IMG/VR virus record: IMGVR_UViG_3300037780_000117
Span: 1-39,019 of that record
DNA length: 39,019 nt
Direction: 5' to 3' (one strand)
DNA from: a virus
Lineage: Duplodnaviria; Caudoviricetes
The position numbers and the translations under genes were made by a program. Positions within the stretch are counted from its first letter, which is position 1; every line of letters begins with the position of its first letter. This document shows, one piece after another, positions 23,867 through 33,574 of this stretch. A model generated the notes under the pieces. It was not told the DNA's origin and made no database searches. It worked only from the letters and a program-made list of their open reading frames with translations.

Positions 23867-24529
23867 TCAGGCCGCCGGAATGCGGATGGTGTGGGCGATG
23901 AAATCCTCGGAATCGCCGCTGCCGGAGCCGTTGTCGGCAAAGATGTTCGGCATCGAGTTGGCTCCCGCGGAAGCAACCTTCCAGACTGCCGCTGCTCTGT
24001 GTTCGTTGCGCTGACCGCGCACGATGGAAGAAACGCCTGCGTCGAGATCTGAGGTGCTCCCGTAGAGGCCGTCTATTGACGAAGCGAAGCCAATCACCAG
24101 ATCGCCCGCAGCGAAACCGGCGAGTGAAGGGCCATCCACCGGAATATTAGTCTGGAAAACATCATATGTCGTGTGCGCCTCGGCCATGCCCACGACATTC
24201 GCGCCCGAAATCTCCACCAAGATGTTGATGTCAAGGCTGCGGTCGTAACGCATGGAGGCCGTCGTGCCGGTTGCGTATCCGGCGCGGATGATCGTGCTCG
24301 GTCCGTTGTCTCCGTCTGCCGAGAATGTCGCCGAGAACCCGGAAAAGCTCAGTGCGAAAGTTCCCAGGCCCGCATCGGCTGCCCCAAGCGCGAGAATTAG
24401 GTTGCCGGGGGTGACGCCTGAAAGTGTCACTGTGTCCTCTTCCCCCACCGCCGACTGCACGATCACCGGGGGGCGCTTCCCGCCGCCCGCCACCACCGGG
24501 CCGGGCATGATGATTCCGGGCAGCATCAT
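23867..24529 (-). CDS. Putative tail fibre tip/receptor-binding protein
   Basis: MMLPGII..GGG start, beta-rich, more AT-rich than flanks, follows the fibre gene. Confidence 0.6.
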   Translation of the reverse strand: MMLPGIIMPGPVVAGGGKRPPVIVQSAVGEEDTVTLSGVTPGNLILALGAADAGLGTFALSFSGFSATFSADGDNGPSTIIRAGYATGTTASMRYDRSLDINILVEISGANVVGMAEAHTTYDVFQTNIPVDGPSLAGFAAGDLVIGFASSIDGLYGSTSDLDAGVSSIVRGQRNEHRAAAVWKVASAGANSMPNIFADNGSGSGDSEDFIAHTIRIPAA

Positions 24530-25464
24530 TGCTCAAGCGCCCCGCCGGCGACGATCACCTCGCCCGTGGCCGAGCCGGTCAGCACCAGCACCGCAGGCGC
24601 CGTGTCCGTCACCGCCACCGTGGGCAGGCCGCCGCCCGCGCCGAAATAGTGCGTCCCGAAGGTGATGGTCCGCTCGGTGCTGGTGCTCGAAACGATCCGC
24701 ACCATGATCGACACGCCCGCGCGCAGGTTCGTCGGGTTGGCGATCACGCGGTTCGCCGTCACCGCCCAGGTGCACACCCGGTGCACGTCGAAGTCCGGGG
24801 TAAAATCGCCCGCGCCGGAAATCGCCACCGGGGCCAGCGCATCCGCGATCCGCCGCGGCGTCACCAGCCCCGTGCCCGTCAGGTCGGCCAGCGCCGCCGC
24901 CGTGGCCTCGTCGCTCTCGTAGAGATCGCCGAGGCTCACCACCCGGTTGAGCTGCGCGGTCGTCGCGGTCACGCCGTCCAGCTTGTTCACCTCGGCCGCG
25001 CTCGCCGTCACCCCAAGCGCCGCCAGCGTGGCCGCGCCGCCGAGCCGCTCCCAATTCGTCGCGTCCGTGCTCGGGTCGCCGGTCTCGCCGGAATGTGTCA
25101 GCTTCGCCCGGTAGGTCTGGAAATTCACCGGGCTCCACACCGCATCGCCCGCCGTGTAGCTCGCCGCGCTCACCCAGGCCGAGGCGCCGGCGGTCAGGGC
25201 AGCGGCGTCGCGGGCCGTTTCGGCGGCAGCGGCGGAGGCCGCGGCGTCGTCGGCGTGGCCCTCGGCGGCCGTCTTCTCGGATTCCGCGTCGAGCACGTCC
25301 TGCGCGATGTCGGCCACGCGGTCGGCCACCCAGGAAAACGCGCTGTTGAGATCGGGCAGCTCCGCGTCGAGCCATGCCAGGTACGCGTCGTTGTCGCTGT
25401 CGAACGTCGCCGGGCGCGTGGTGCTGGGCACCGCCGTGGGCAGCGTGATCACCGGGGTCGTCAT
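24526..25464 (-). CDS. Tail fibre protein
   Basis: ITLPTAVPSTTRPATFD start, Ala coiled coil, CBM5/12-like WVSAASYTAGDAV, C-terminal beta-sandwich. Confidence 0.72.
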   Translation of the reverse strand: MTTPVITLPTAVPSTTRPATFDSDNDAYLAWLDAELPDLNSAFSWVADRVADIAQDVLDAESEKTAAEGHADDAAASAAAAETARDAAALTAGASAWVSAASYTAGDAVWSPVNFQTYRAKLTHSGETGDPSTDATNWERLGGAATLAALGVTASAAEVNKLDGVTATTAQLNRVVSLGDLYESDEATAAALADLTGTGLVTPRRIADALAPVAISGAGDFTPDFDVHRVCTWAVTANRVIANPTNLRAGVSIMVRIVSSTSTERTITFGTHYFGAGGGLPTVAVTDTAPAVLVLTGSATGEVIVAGGALEQ

Positions 25465-26375
25465 ACGAAGCTCTCCACTCTGAGGTTGGCGGTGGTTTCG
25501 ACGTGATCCTGCATCACCACCCGGAAGTCCTTGCGCATCCCGTAGACCGCGAGGCCGGGCAGGGGCGCGGCAGGGCGCGTGATGTATACCGCCTCGGTCT
25601 CGGCAAGCCCGCCGAGCAGATCCCACCAGCGCTCAACCGCGGCGGTGGGCATCGCCACCGGCAGGTCGAGCACCTTGCTCACCGGGCCCTTGACGATGGC
25701 GTCGAACGTGCCGTCGGCAGCCTGCGTGACGCGCCCGAAGCTGCGATCGGTCAGCTCGGTAGACCAGCGCACCTCGAGCCCCTTGAGCAATCGGCCGGGC
25801 AGGATGCGCCCCACCCTGGCGGTGCCGCCCGGGTTCGAGATCGTGAGCGTGAGCGCGGCGCCCTTCACCGGCGGCAGCTCTTCGAGGAAGAGCGCGCGGG
25901 AGCGGGTGCGTAGCGGCTCGAAGTGATAGGACGTGAAATCCACGATGGGGGCGCGGTCCACCGTGTCGACGGTCTGATCCCAGATCAGCGTCGCGCCGTC
26001 GCGCACCTCCAGCGTGACCGTCGCCGCCTCGAGCCCGAAGAGGGCAAGGCCGGTGATGCGCTCCGGATAGGTGAGCTCGTACTCGATCGAGCCCGCTGCC
26101 TCGGCCACGTGGCTGAGCCCCACCTCGAAGGGCCGCCAGCGGTTCGTCGGGCCCTCGTCGAACCACACCGGCGGCACCTCGGGCTCCAGCGGGCTCGAGC
26201 CGATGTTGCCGTCGGTCAGCGAGGAATACACCCGATGCTCCGCCGCGATCATCGCAAGATCGCCGGTGTCGTAGGTGGTGCCGGAGGCCCATTCGGTCGC
26301 GTCGTCTTCCGCGATGGTCGAGCTCACGAGGTTCGCGTCGAGCGTGGGCTCGGGTTTCAGTATCCAGAAGCTCAT
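25461..26375 (-). CDS. Tail tip (distal tail-like) protein
   Basis: Follows the TMP; WASGTTYDTGD..VYSSL CBM-like motif, GPTNRW. Confidence 0.7.
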   Translation of the reverse strand: MSFWILKPEPTLDANLVSSTIAEDDATEWASGTTYDTGDLAMIAAEHRVYSSLTDGNIGSSPLEPEVPPVWFDEGPTNRWRPFEVGLSHVAEAAGSIEYELTYPERITGLALFGLEAATVTLEVRDGATLIWDQTVDTVDRAPIVDFTSYHFEPLRTRSRALFLEELPPVKGAALTLTISNPGGTARVGRILPGRLLKGLEVRWSTELTDRSFGRVTQAADGTFDAIVKGPVSKVLDLPVAMPTAAVERWWDLLGGLAETEAVYITRPAAPLPGLAVYGMRKDFRVVMQDHVETTANLRVESFV

Positions 26376-29300
26376 CAGCTGCGCTCCGGCGGCAGGCCCG
26401 CCACGTCGAATGCCTCGAGGATGTCCCGGGTGTCCTGCGCGTGGCGGGTGCGCTGCGCCGCCATTTGCTCGAGCCGGCCGAGCCGCGCCCCCATGTCCGC
26501 GCGCATGGCCGCCACCTCGGTGACCACGCCATCCGAGCCCAGCAGCTTGCGGGTGTCGTCGCGGCTGTAGTACCGCGCCGGCCCCTCGAGGCGGGCCTCG
26601 ATGCCCTGCTCGCCCACGATGCTGAGCGCACCGGCCCGCAGGCCAGGCGCGAAACCGCCGGTCGCGAAGCGCCGGGTCGCGAGGCTTGCGTCGCTGAACC
26701 GCGCCGAGGTCGGGGTGATCCCGCGGGCGGCGAGGACATGGCCGATGGCCTGCACGATCTGCGTGCCCGTGCGCCCGGCGGTGCTCACGCCCGCCGCCGA
26801 GGCGCCCTGCAGGATCTCCGATGCCGTGTCGTACACCCAGCGGCCGTCCACGCTCGGGGCGCCCACGGCCGCGAGCACCCCGCTGTAAATCGTGGAGTTC
26901 GGGGGCGCCCCATCGTTGCGGCCGGCGCCCGCAGTGCTGCCCCCCGAGGTGCCGACCGAGGGGTCGGATCCGCCTGAAACGCTGGTGCTGAAACCTTGGT
27001 TGAGCGCGCTCAGCAGCGCTTCCTTCATGATGTTCGTCGCCTGCACCTGGCTCGAAATGGCGGAGACGGTGGCGGTACGGCCCGAGTCCACCGCGGTGCG
27101 CACCGTCGCCACCTCGTCGGCCACGTCCGTCATCCGGGCGAGTTGGGCGTCGAGCGCGGCGAGCTGCGCGTCGCGGCTTGCACCGGCCTGGGCGATCTGC
27201 GCCTCGAGAAGCTGCACCGTCTGCTCCTCGGTGGTCAGCTGCCCCTCGGTCTGGCCGAGCAGCTGCCCGATCAGCGCGGAGGTGCGCGCGAAGTCCCGGC
27301 GATAGTCGGTCAGGCTCTGGAAGAGATCCTCCGAAGGCTCGGCCACCACGTCCAGCGCGTCGCGCAGCGCCTCCACATCGTCGATCCGCCCGGCGGCGCG
27401 GAAGCCTTCCAGCGTGGCCCGAGCCGCGGCCAGCGCGGCGCGCTGCGCCTCTTCCGGCGCGGCGCGGGCACCCGCGGCAGCCGAAAGCGCGCCGAACGCG
27501 TCGCGCGTCGTCTGCACCCGCCCCTCGGCCGCGCCGAGCGCCTCCTGCAGCCCGTCGAGGATCGCATCGAAGTGCCCCTCGATCCGGGCGCGATCACGGT
27601 CGAGCCTGCGGCGAAGGTTGTCGGAGGTCCGCGTCGCCGAGCGCGAAACCGCCTGCTGGCTCGCCTGTGCGGTACGGGTCACGCTCGCGGTCTGGCGCGC
27701 CATGTCCTCGGCCACCGAGGCGGCGAGCTGCTCGAGGCTCACGAAGGCCGGGGCAAGCTGCATCACGCTCGCTGCCGCGGCCTCCTGCCCCGCGCTCATC
27801 AGCTCGTCAACGAGGGCGCGGAACTCCGCGCGCGTCGCCGGTATCGCGTTGACGCCAAGCTCGGTCAGGGTGCCCACCAGCGCGCGGGCCTGCGTGTCCA
27901 GGCGCTCCGCCGCGGTGTAGAAGTTCTCGAAGAAGAACCCGGTCACCTGCTGGAAATCCTGCAGCGTCCCGAAGAGCTGCACGAAGCTCGAGGCGGCGTT
28001 GGCGCCCTCGAGCGAGACGTTGCGCAGCTCGAAGCCGAGCGCGGCGGAAACCTCGTTGACGGCGGTCAGGTCGCCCGCGAGCCGCGCAAGCGTGGCGCCG
28101 GCCGTTTCGCCCGGGCGCGCGAACGCCTCGGTGCCGAGCACGAGATCGGCCATGGCATCGGTCGCGCGGCCCAGCTCCGCGTCGAGCGCCGCGAGCGCCT
28201 CGCTTTCGCTGAGGCCCTTGGTGCTCACCTTGAACTTGAAGGTGAAATCCTCGAGCGCCGCGCTGCCCTCGCCCACCTGCGCGGCCATCGCTTCCACGTC
28301 GGCGCGCATCCGGTCGAATGCGTCGCCGAGCGGGCCGGCGATCTCGTCTTCCAGCGCCTTCGAAGATCCGCCTTTAAGCAGGCCGAAGAAACGCGAGGTT
28401 TTCTGGAAGCGCTCGCCGGTAAAACCGTCGGGGCCGAACTGGCCCTTGATCCCACTGTCGGTGATCCTCTTGGCGAATGCCTGCCCGAGGAACTGCGCCG
28501 CGCCGATCAGCGGCACCGCGGCCGAAAGCGTGCTACCGAGCGCCTTGAGGCCGCCGCCGGAGAAGAGCGAGCCGAGCCCGCTCGTCACGCCGCCGAGGGC
28601 CTTGCCGAGCCCGCCGGTGATGGCCGAGAGCCCGCCGCCCGAAAGCGCGTCCTTGAACATGCCGGAAAGCGCCTGCGTACCTTGCGTGCGCAGGTCGTCG
28701 AAGAAACCCCGGAAGCCGCCGCGCAGGTTGCCCGCCGCGAGCTGGTCGACAAGGCTGTCAAGCGAGCCCTTGATGCCGTCACTGGCTGCAGCGCCAAGCG
28801 CCTCGCCGAGGCTGCGCGCGGCGGCAAGCGCCTCGGGCGTGCTGCGATCGATGCCCACCACGAGACCCTGCACCGTGTCGTCGCCGATCTCGGCGAAGAC
28901 GCGACTGGGCGATTGAATGCCGAGGGCGTCCTTGGCCCACCCGGTGATGTTGTCGCCAAGCCCGCGCACCGAGTCCCGCAGTTCCGTCGCCTTGCGCGCG
29001 AGGCCCGCCTTGATCCCGTCGATCAGCTGCGTGCCGATCTCCAGGGCACCCTGGTAGAGATCGCGGCCGAGGTCAGCGAGCGCCTCGGGGATGCCCGCGA
29101 GCCACCCCTTGAATTGCTGCACTGCCTCTTTCGTGCGCGTCTCGAGTGCCGTCCAGGCGTTGCGCACCGTTTCGGAGACCGTCTCAAAGGTTTCTGTCAC
29201 CTTGTCCCAGTTGGCAATGACGAGCGCCGCGGCGGCAGCGACACCGGCAATGGCAAGGCCGATCGGGCCCGTGAAAAGCGCCAGGATCGGCGCGAGAGCC

Positions 29301-30202
29301 GCGATGCTCTTCACCACCAGTCCAGCCGCCACCAGCAGCGGGCCCACCGCCGCGGCCACGGCCCCGGCGCCTACCACCCATCTTTGCACGTCCGGGTCGA
29401 GCTGCTGGAAGGCTTCGGCTGCGCTTTGCACGCCGCGGGCGAGATCGGCCATCACCGGCAGCACGATCGCGCCGATGTCCTCCAGCGCGTCGCCGATGGC
29501 GTTGAGCGATTGCGTGATCGCGCCGCTGTCGAGCTCGGCCAGGGCTCGCGCCTGCCCGGCATACTGCCTCTCCAGCTCCGCGAGGATCGCGGCCTGTGCG
29601 CCCGCCACGTCTCCGGCCTCGGCCATGGCGCGGATCTGATCTTCCTGCTGCTCGGTGAAGCTCACGCCAACGCGAGTGAGCGCGGTAATTCCCTCCACCG
29701 GCTCGTTGAGCGCCTTGCCGAGCTGGATCGTCGAGCTTTGCAGGTCGGTGCCGAGCCGCGCGGAAAGATCGAGCGCCGCCTGCTGGGCCCGCTCGAACAC
29801 CTCGCCCTGTACGTTGCCGAAGGTGAGAAGGTTTGCCGTCACCTTGCCGAGGATTTCCTCGTCGCCGAAGAGGCTTTCGCGCTGGAGCTGCGACGCCATC
29901 TCCTGCAGGCGCTGCGACGTGAAGCCGGCGGTCTCGCCCATGGATTGCAGGGCGGCGTTGACACCTGCCACGGCGCGTTCCTGGTCGCGCGCGGCGGCCA
30001 CCGATTTCGCCGCCACGCCGGCCAGCGGTGCGGTGATCGCGAGCGAGAGCGTGCGGCCCGTGTTCTGGAGCGCGCGGGCCTGCCCCTCCATGCTCTTCTG
30101 AAACCGCGCCATGCGGCGCTCGGCCTCGGTCACGCCCTTCTCGAAGGCCGCCGAATCCATGCCGAGCACCACCCGAAGGGCGCCGATGATCGCGTTACTC
30201 AT
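26375..30202 (-). CDS. Tape measure protein
   Basis: 1275 aa, Ala-rich helical; IGALRVVLG start; GIQSPSRVF; FATGG..VGEQGIE. Confidence 0.93.
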   Translation of the reverse strand: MSNAIIGALRVVLGMDSAAFEKGVTEAERRMARFQKSMEGQARALQNTGRTLSLAITAPLAGVAAKSVAAARDQERAVAGVNAALQSMGETAGFTSQRLQEMASQLQRESLFGDEEILGKVTANLLTFGNVQGEVFERAQQAALDLSARLGTDLQSSTIQLGKALNEPVEGITALTRVGVSFTEQQEDQIRAMAEAGDVAGAQAAILAELERQYAGQARALAELDSGAITQSLNAIGDALEDIGAIVLPVMADLARGVQSAAEAFQQLDPDVQRWVVGAGAVAAAVGPLLVAAGLVVKSIAALAPILALFTGPIGLAIAGVAAAAALVIANWDKVTETFETVSETVRNAWTALETRTKEAVQQFKGWLAGIPEALADLGRDLYQGALEIGTQLIDGIKAGLARKATELRDSVRGLGDNITGWAKDALGIQSPSRVFAEIGDDTVQGLVVGIDRSTPEALAAARSLGEALGAAASDGIKGSLDSLVDQLAAGNLRGGFRGFFDDLRTQGTQALSGMFKDALSGGGLSAITGGLGKALGGVTSGLGSLFSGGGLKALGSTLSAAVPLIGAAQFLGQAFAKRITDSGIKGQFGPDGFTGERFQKTSRFFGLLKGGSSKALEDEIAGPLGDAFDRMRADVEAMAAQVGEGSAALEDFTFKFKVSTKGLSESEALAALDAELGRATDAMADLVLGTEAFARPGETAGATLARLAGDLTAVNEVSAALGFELRNVSLEGANAASSFVQLFGTLQDFQQVTGFFFENFYTAAERLDTQARALVGTLTELGVNAIPATRAEFRALVDELMSAGQEAAAASVMQLAPAFVSLEQLAASVAEDMARQTASVTRTAQASQQAVSRSATRTSDNLRRRLDRDRARIEGHFDAILDGLQEALGAAEGRVQTTRDAFGALSAAAGARAAPEEAQRAALAAARATLEGFRAAGRIDDVEALRDALDVVAEPSEDLFQSLTDYRRDFARTSALIGQLLGQTEGQLTTEEQTVQLLEAQIAQAGASRDAQLAALDAQLARMTDVADEVATVRTAVDSGRTATVSAISSQVQATNIMKEALLSALNQGFSTSVSGGSDPSVGTSGGSTAGAGRNDGAPPNSTIYSGVLAAVGAPSVDGRWVYDTASEILQGASAAGVSTAGRTGTQIVQAIGHVLAARGITPTSARFSDASLATRRFATGGFAPGLRAGALSIVGEQGIEARLEGPARYYSRDDTRKLLGSDGVVTEVAAMRADMGARLGRLEQMAAQRTRHAQDTRDILEAFDVAGLPPERS

Positions 30203-30542
30203 GCACGGTGCCTCCCAGGGCCAGCGTCGTCGCGCGGAGCCGCGCGAAGAGCTCCTCGTCTGTCATCTCCGGGCGGCGTCGGCCCCGGCCGCGTTCGGCC
30301 AAGGGCACGTAATCCGGAAACTTCTTGGGGTTGTTCACGCCCACGGCTACGAGCCGGGCCGTCTCCCAGGCGATCTGCGCGGCCATCTCCGCGTCCGTCT
30401 CCCGCAGGCGCGCGGCGCCGCGCAGCACGATCTGCGCCTCCCGCGGTGTCACCCGCCAGAACCGCTCGGCCGGCTGCCCGGCGGCCACCCATGCCTCTAG
30501 TTCGCCCGCCCAGCCTTGCGGGCCGGCGCCGCCCCGTTTCCC
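30195..30542 (-). CDS. Tail assembly chaperone T segment (reached by -1 frameshift)
   Basis: -1 frame open from GGGAAAC through PAERFWRVTPRE. Confidence 0.8.
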   Translation of the reverse strand, partial: GKRGGAGPQGWAGELEAWVAAGQPAERFWRVTPREAQIVLRGAARLRETDAEMAAQIAWETARLVAVGVNNPKKFPDYVPLAERGRGRRRPEMTDEELFARLRATTLALGGTVHE

Positions 30543-30874
30543 GAGGCCGGCTCCTGTGCCGCCGTTTCAGCCTGCGCGCCGAGGAAGGCGCGCTCGATCA
30601 GCGGCATCGCGGCAGGCAGCCCGCCGAGGGCGCCGATCAGGTTGCCGGCGGCGCGCTGGTCGATCTCGGGGTGATGCTCCACCAGCCCGGCCCAGAACAT
30701 GGTCCGCGCATCGCGAACCCGCAGGCCGGCCGGATCGGACATGCGCTTCACGAACTCGGTCATTCCGAAGCCGCTGGCCTCTTCGAGTTCGCAAAGCGCG
30801 TTGAAGGTGTATTGCAGGCGCCACGTGGCGCCGTCGGCCTCGAAGGTCACGAGGCCGCGGGGATTGTCCGTCAT
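30497..30874 (-). CDS. Tail assembly chaperone (G)
   Basis: LQYTFNALCELEE; lies between the tail tube and TMP genes. Confidence 0.85.
   Translation of the reverse strand: MTDNPRGLVTFEADGATWRLQYTFNALCELEEASGFGMTEFVKRMSDPAGLRVRDARTMFWAGLVEHHPEIDQRAAGNLIGALGGLPAAMPLIERAFLGAQAETAAQEPASGNGAAPARKAGRAN
30536..30542 (-). promoter_or_regulatory. -1 ribosomal frameshift site G GGA AAC
   Basis: X XXY YYZ in the correct phase (TCG GGA AAC). Confidence 0.85.
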
Positions 30875-30905
30875 GCGGATCTCCGGGTCGGGGGTGTGAA
30901 GGAAG

Positions 30906-30932
30906 GCCGGGGGCGCGGGCTACGCCCCCGGC
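30906..30932 (-). terminator. Stem-loop after the tail tube gene
   Basis: gccgggggcg / cgcccccggc; weak U tract. Confidence 0.45.
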
Positions 30933-30938
30933 GAGGCG

Positions 30939-31385
30939 TCAGGCCGCGACCGCCGCGGTAAAGGTCGGTTTGCCGGATATCTTGAGCGACAGCTCCACCG
31001 CGAAGAACTCGCCGAGTTCCGTCTGGTGCGTCACCGTCGCGATGCCCTGGAAGCCATACTTCGGGCCAGTGAACCCGGCCTTGTTCCACTCCCATTCGAG
31101 ATACATCAGCGTGCCGGCCATCGCGTCGTCGATCAGGTCGGTGTACTGCTGCGAAGTCGGGTCGATGAACACGGTGTTCGTCACCTCGCCGGGGTCGATC
31201 AGCCCCGCGCGGAACACGCGGTAGCCGCCCTCGGTGCCCTGGTGCGTCCCGTCCTTGATCTCGGGCTGAACGTTCGGCGGGCTGGGCGCGGTCGAGTAGC
31301 CCAGGTCGGTGAGCGTGCCCTGCGCGGTGCCGTCGTCGCTCCGCTTGAGCGTGATGCCCGTGTTGATCTGAAGATGATCGGTCAT
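30939..31385 (-). CDS. Major tail tube protein
   Basis: DGTH..FRAGLIDPGEV..LKISGKP. Confidence 0.85.
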   Translation of the reverse strand: MTDHLQINTGITLKRSDDGTAQGTLTDLGYSTAPSPPNVQPEIKDGTHQGTEGGYRVFRAGLIDPGEVTNTVFIDPTSQQYTDLIDDAMAGTLMYLEWEWNKAGFTGPKYGFQGIATVTHQTELGEFFAVELSLKISGKPTFTAAVAA

Positions 31386-31792
31386 GCTGCTGTCTCCTCA
31401 AGCCAGACCACGTTGATGTCGACGCTGCCGCGGTGGAGCCTGCCCACCGGGCCCGCCTCTTCGGTGCCCATGTCTCTCGTCTGCTCGATGGTCACCCGCT
31501 GCAGGCTCTGGCCCGCCAGCGTTCCTGAATATCCGTCGACCGCCCCGGCGGCAGCGCCGCGCAGGGCGATCATCTTGCCGTAACTCTCCGCCCAGACATC
31601 GATCTGCACCCGGGCCCGGTTCACGCCGCCGTTCCCGCCCTGGTGATACGTCGGCGAGTCGCCGATCACCTGCAGGATCACGAAAGGCGCGGCGGTTACC
31701 TCCGCCGGCAACAGACCCCAGTGCACGCGACCGCCAGCGAGCCCCTCCACACCGGGCGCGTTCATGATCAGCTCGGTCAGCGCCTGGTGCAT
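31382..31792 (-). CDS. Tail terminator (DUF3168-like)
   Basis: GRVHWG.LP..RVQIDVWA. Confidence 0.8.
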   Translation of the reverse strand: MHQALTELIMNAPGVEGLAGGRVHWGLLPAEVTAAPFVILQVIGDSPTYHQGGNGGVNRARVQIDVWAESYGKMIALRGAAAGAVDGYSGTLAGQSLQRVTIEQTRDMGTEEAGPVGRLHRGSVDINVVWLEETAA

Positions 31793-31796
31793 CGCC

Positions 31797-32237
31797 CTAC
31801 CGCCCGCCCTTGGCCGCGCGGCGCCGGGCCCGCACCACGGCGCGCTCCACGTCGGCGGCCAGCTCTTCCGTCACCGTGCGCAGGGCGTCGCGCTTGTGCG
31901 CATCCCAGGCCGGGCGCAGGTGCGGCTCGGCCGCCTGGTGGGCGTTGCCGAACTCGGTCTGCACGCCCTGCTGAGCGCCCTCCTGCCCGGGGCCCACGAA
32001 CACCTCGACGGGGCTCACCTTCGGCGAAACCGCGCGCTGCCGCTTGGTCAGGCGCGTGCCCACGCCGTAACTGCGCTTCAGGGCGCCGGTGCGCTCCGGT
32101 GCGTTGGCGCGCCCGGCGTCCGCGATCGGCTGGGCGGCCTTCTTGAGCACCCGGCGCGCGGCCGCCTTAGCCGAAACGGCCTTGAGTTCCATCATGGCCC
32201 GCTCGATGTCGCGCAGACCCTCGATCCGCATCTTCAT
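31797..32237 (-). CDS. HK97 gp10-like tail completion protein
   Basis: IEGLRDI..APERTGALKRS..EFG..PHLRPAWD. Confidence 0.85.
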   Translation of the reverse strand: MKMRIEGLRDIERAMMELKAVSAKAAARRVLKKAAQPIADAGRANAPERTGALKRSYGVGTRLTKRQRAVSPKVSPVEVFVGPGQEGAQQGVQTEFGNAHQAAEPHLRPAWDAHKRDALRTVTEELAADVERAVVRARRRAAKGGR

Positions 32238-32578
32238 GGCGCAACCGCCTCGCCGCGCCGGGCCGTCACCTCGAGGAAACGGCGCGGTGGCGTGGCCACC
32301 TCCTTGATCCCCTCGATGTCCCAGGCATATCCGTCGTGCACGATCCGGTCGGAGGTGCGGATGCCACGCGAGGCCGGCGAGCTGCGCAGCACGAACCGCG
32401 CCACCACCCCGCTTACCTCGCGACCGGCAGCCAGCCGCTCCGCATCCGACTGGTCGCGCCGCCGCGCCCAGAACGACGCGAGCGGCTGCCAGTCGTGCCC
32501 CGGCTCGTTGAGCCGGTTGCGGGTTTCCCGGCGGCGCTCGACGCTCACGCGCCGGTCGAGAACTCCCGCGCCGGTCAT
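32234..32578 (-). CDS. Head closure/head-tail adaptor (SPP1 gp16-like)
   Basis: AGVLDRRVSVE..W..RF.LR..DRIVHDG. Confidence 0.85.
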   Translation of the reverse strand: MTGAGVLDRRVSVERRRETRNRLNEPGHDWQPLASFWARRRDQSDAERLAAGREVSGVVARFVLRSSPASRGIRTSDRIVHDGYAWDIEGIKEVATPPRRFLEVTARRGEAVAP

Positions 32579-33147
32579 CAGGCCACCCACCGAACCCGAT
32601 GCCCGGCGCAGAGAGCCTCCACCCCGAAGGGCAGATCGGTCGCGCCGCCGGGCGTCACCGCCTCGCGATGCGCGTACCAATGCGCGACGAGGAGCCGCTG
32701 CGCGTGCACGAGCTCTGCTGGCACATCCGCAGCGGCGGCCGCGCCGGTGGTGAACGTCACCACCGCATGGCCCTCGGCGGGCCACGCCGCAGGGGCCCGG
32801 CGCAGCGAGGCGCCCGTGCGCGTTGCGATTACCGTGATCTCGGCGAGGTCAAGCACGGTCACCGTGCCGTCGACAGCACGCAGGCTCACCGCCGTGACTT
32901 CCGTCACCGGCGGCCAGCCGATACCGATGACTTCCGAACCCGCGGCGGCCTCGAGATCGATCTCCGCGCGGAAGCCCTGCGCGAGCAGCGCGCGCCCGGT
33001 GATCTGCTCGATCAGCGCAACGCCGGCCGCCATCAGGCTGGTGAGCAGCGCATCGCTGTAGTCGCCGTCGACGGCGCACACCTCGCGTGCTTCCTCGATG
33101 CTCAGAGGCCCCGCGGCGGGCGGTGTGACGCGCTCGTAGCTGATCAC
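32578..33147 (-). CDS. Head-tail connector (gp6/gp15-like)
   Basis: PLSIEEAR..IEQITGRAL..LLVAHWYAHRE. Confidence 0.87.
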   Translation of the reverse strand: MISYERVTPPAAGPLSIEEAREVCAVDGDYSDALLTSLMAAGVALIEQITGRALLAQGFRAEIDLEAAAGSEVIGIGWPPVTEVTAVSLRAVDGTVTVLDLAEITVIATRTGASLRRAPAAWPAEGHAVVTFTTGAAAAADVPAELVHAQRLLVAHWYAHREAVTPGGATDLPFGVEALCAGHRVRWVA

Positions 33148-33320
33148 CGGGCCGCCTCCTCCGCGGGGCGGCGGGGCACCGCGCGCTCCGGCCGCGACCG
33201 CCGCACCGGGGCGGCGATCCCTGCCGCGAGCAGCGCGCGGGCACGCGACACCTCCATCGCGAGCACGGTGTTGGCCCGGTAGCGGCCATGCGGCCGCAAA
33301 AGGCGCACGGTGAGCAGCAT
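33144..33320 (-). CDS. Small hypothetical head-associated protein
   Basis: VRLLR..ARALLAAGIA; coupled on both sides. Confidence 0.55.
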   Translation of the reverse strand: MLLTVRLLRPHGRYRANTVLAMEVSRARALLAAGIAAPVRRSRPERAVPRRPAEEAAR

Positions 33321-33520
33321 CAGCCCGCGCTCAGCGTCAGAACGCCGCTGTTCGCCCAAAGCGCGCCGGCCTTCGCCGGGTCGCTCGTGGGCAGGCCAGT
33401 GATCACCACGTCGGTGCCGTCCACGGTGAGCGCGACATCCGCGCCCAGTTCCAGGGAGCCACCGTCCTCGATCACCAGCTTGTCGCCGCCCTGCGGGCGG
33501 GAAACCTTCACGTTTGCCAT
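33320..33520 (-). CDS. Small head decoration/fibre-like protein
   Basis: GGAGG RBS; QGGDKLVI..LPTSDP..GALWANSGVL. Confidence 0.7.
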   Translation of the reverse strand: MANVKVSRPQGGDKLVIEDGGSLELGADVALTVDGTDVVITGLPTSDPAKAGALWANSGVLTLSAG

Positions 33521-33546
33521 CTCGGCCTCCGTTGGTTGGAATGGAT

Positions 33547-33568
33547 CGGGGGCCCCGAAGGGCCCCCG
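33547..33568 (-). terminator. UUCG stem-loop after the capsid gene
   Basis: cgggggccc-ttcg-gggcccccg; no U tract. Confidence 0.45.
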
Positions 33569-33574
33569 TCAGGC

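Noticed and set aside
26996-30961. 1321-aa plus-strand ORF
   Set aside because: Antisense shadow of the tape measure gene caused by high-GC codon bias; no motifs
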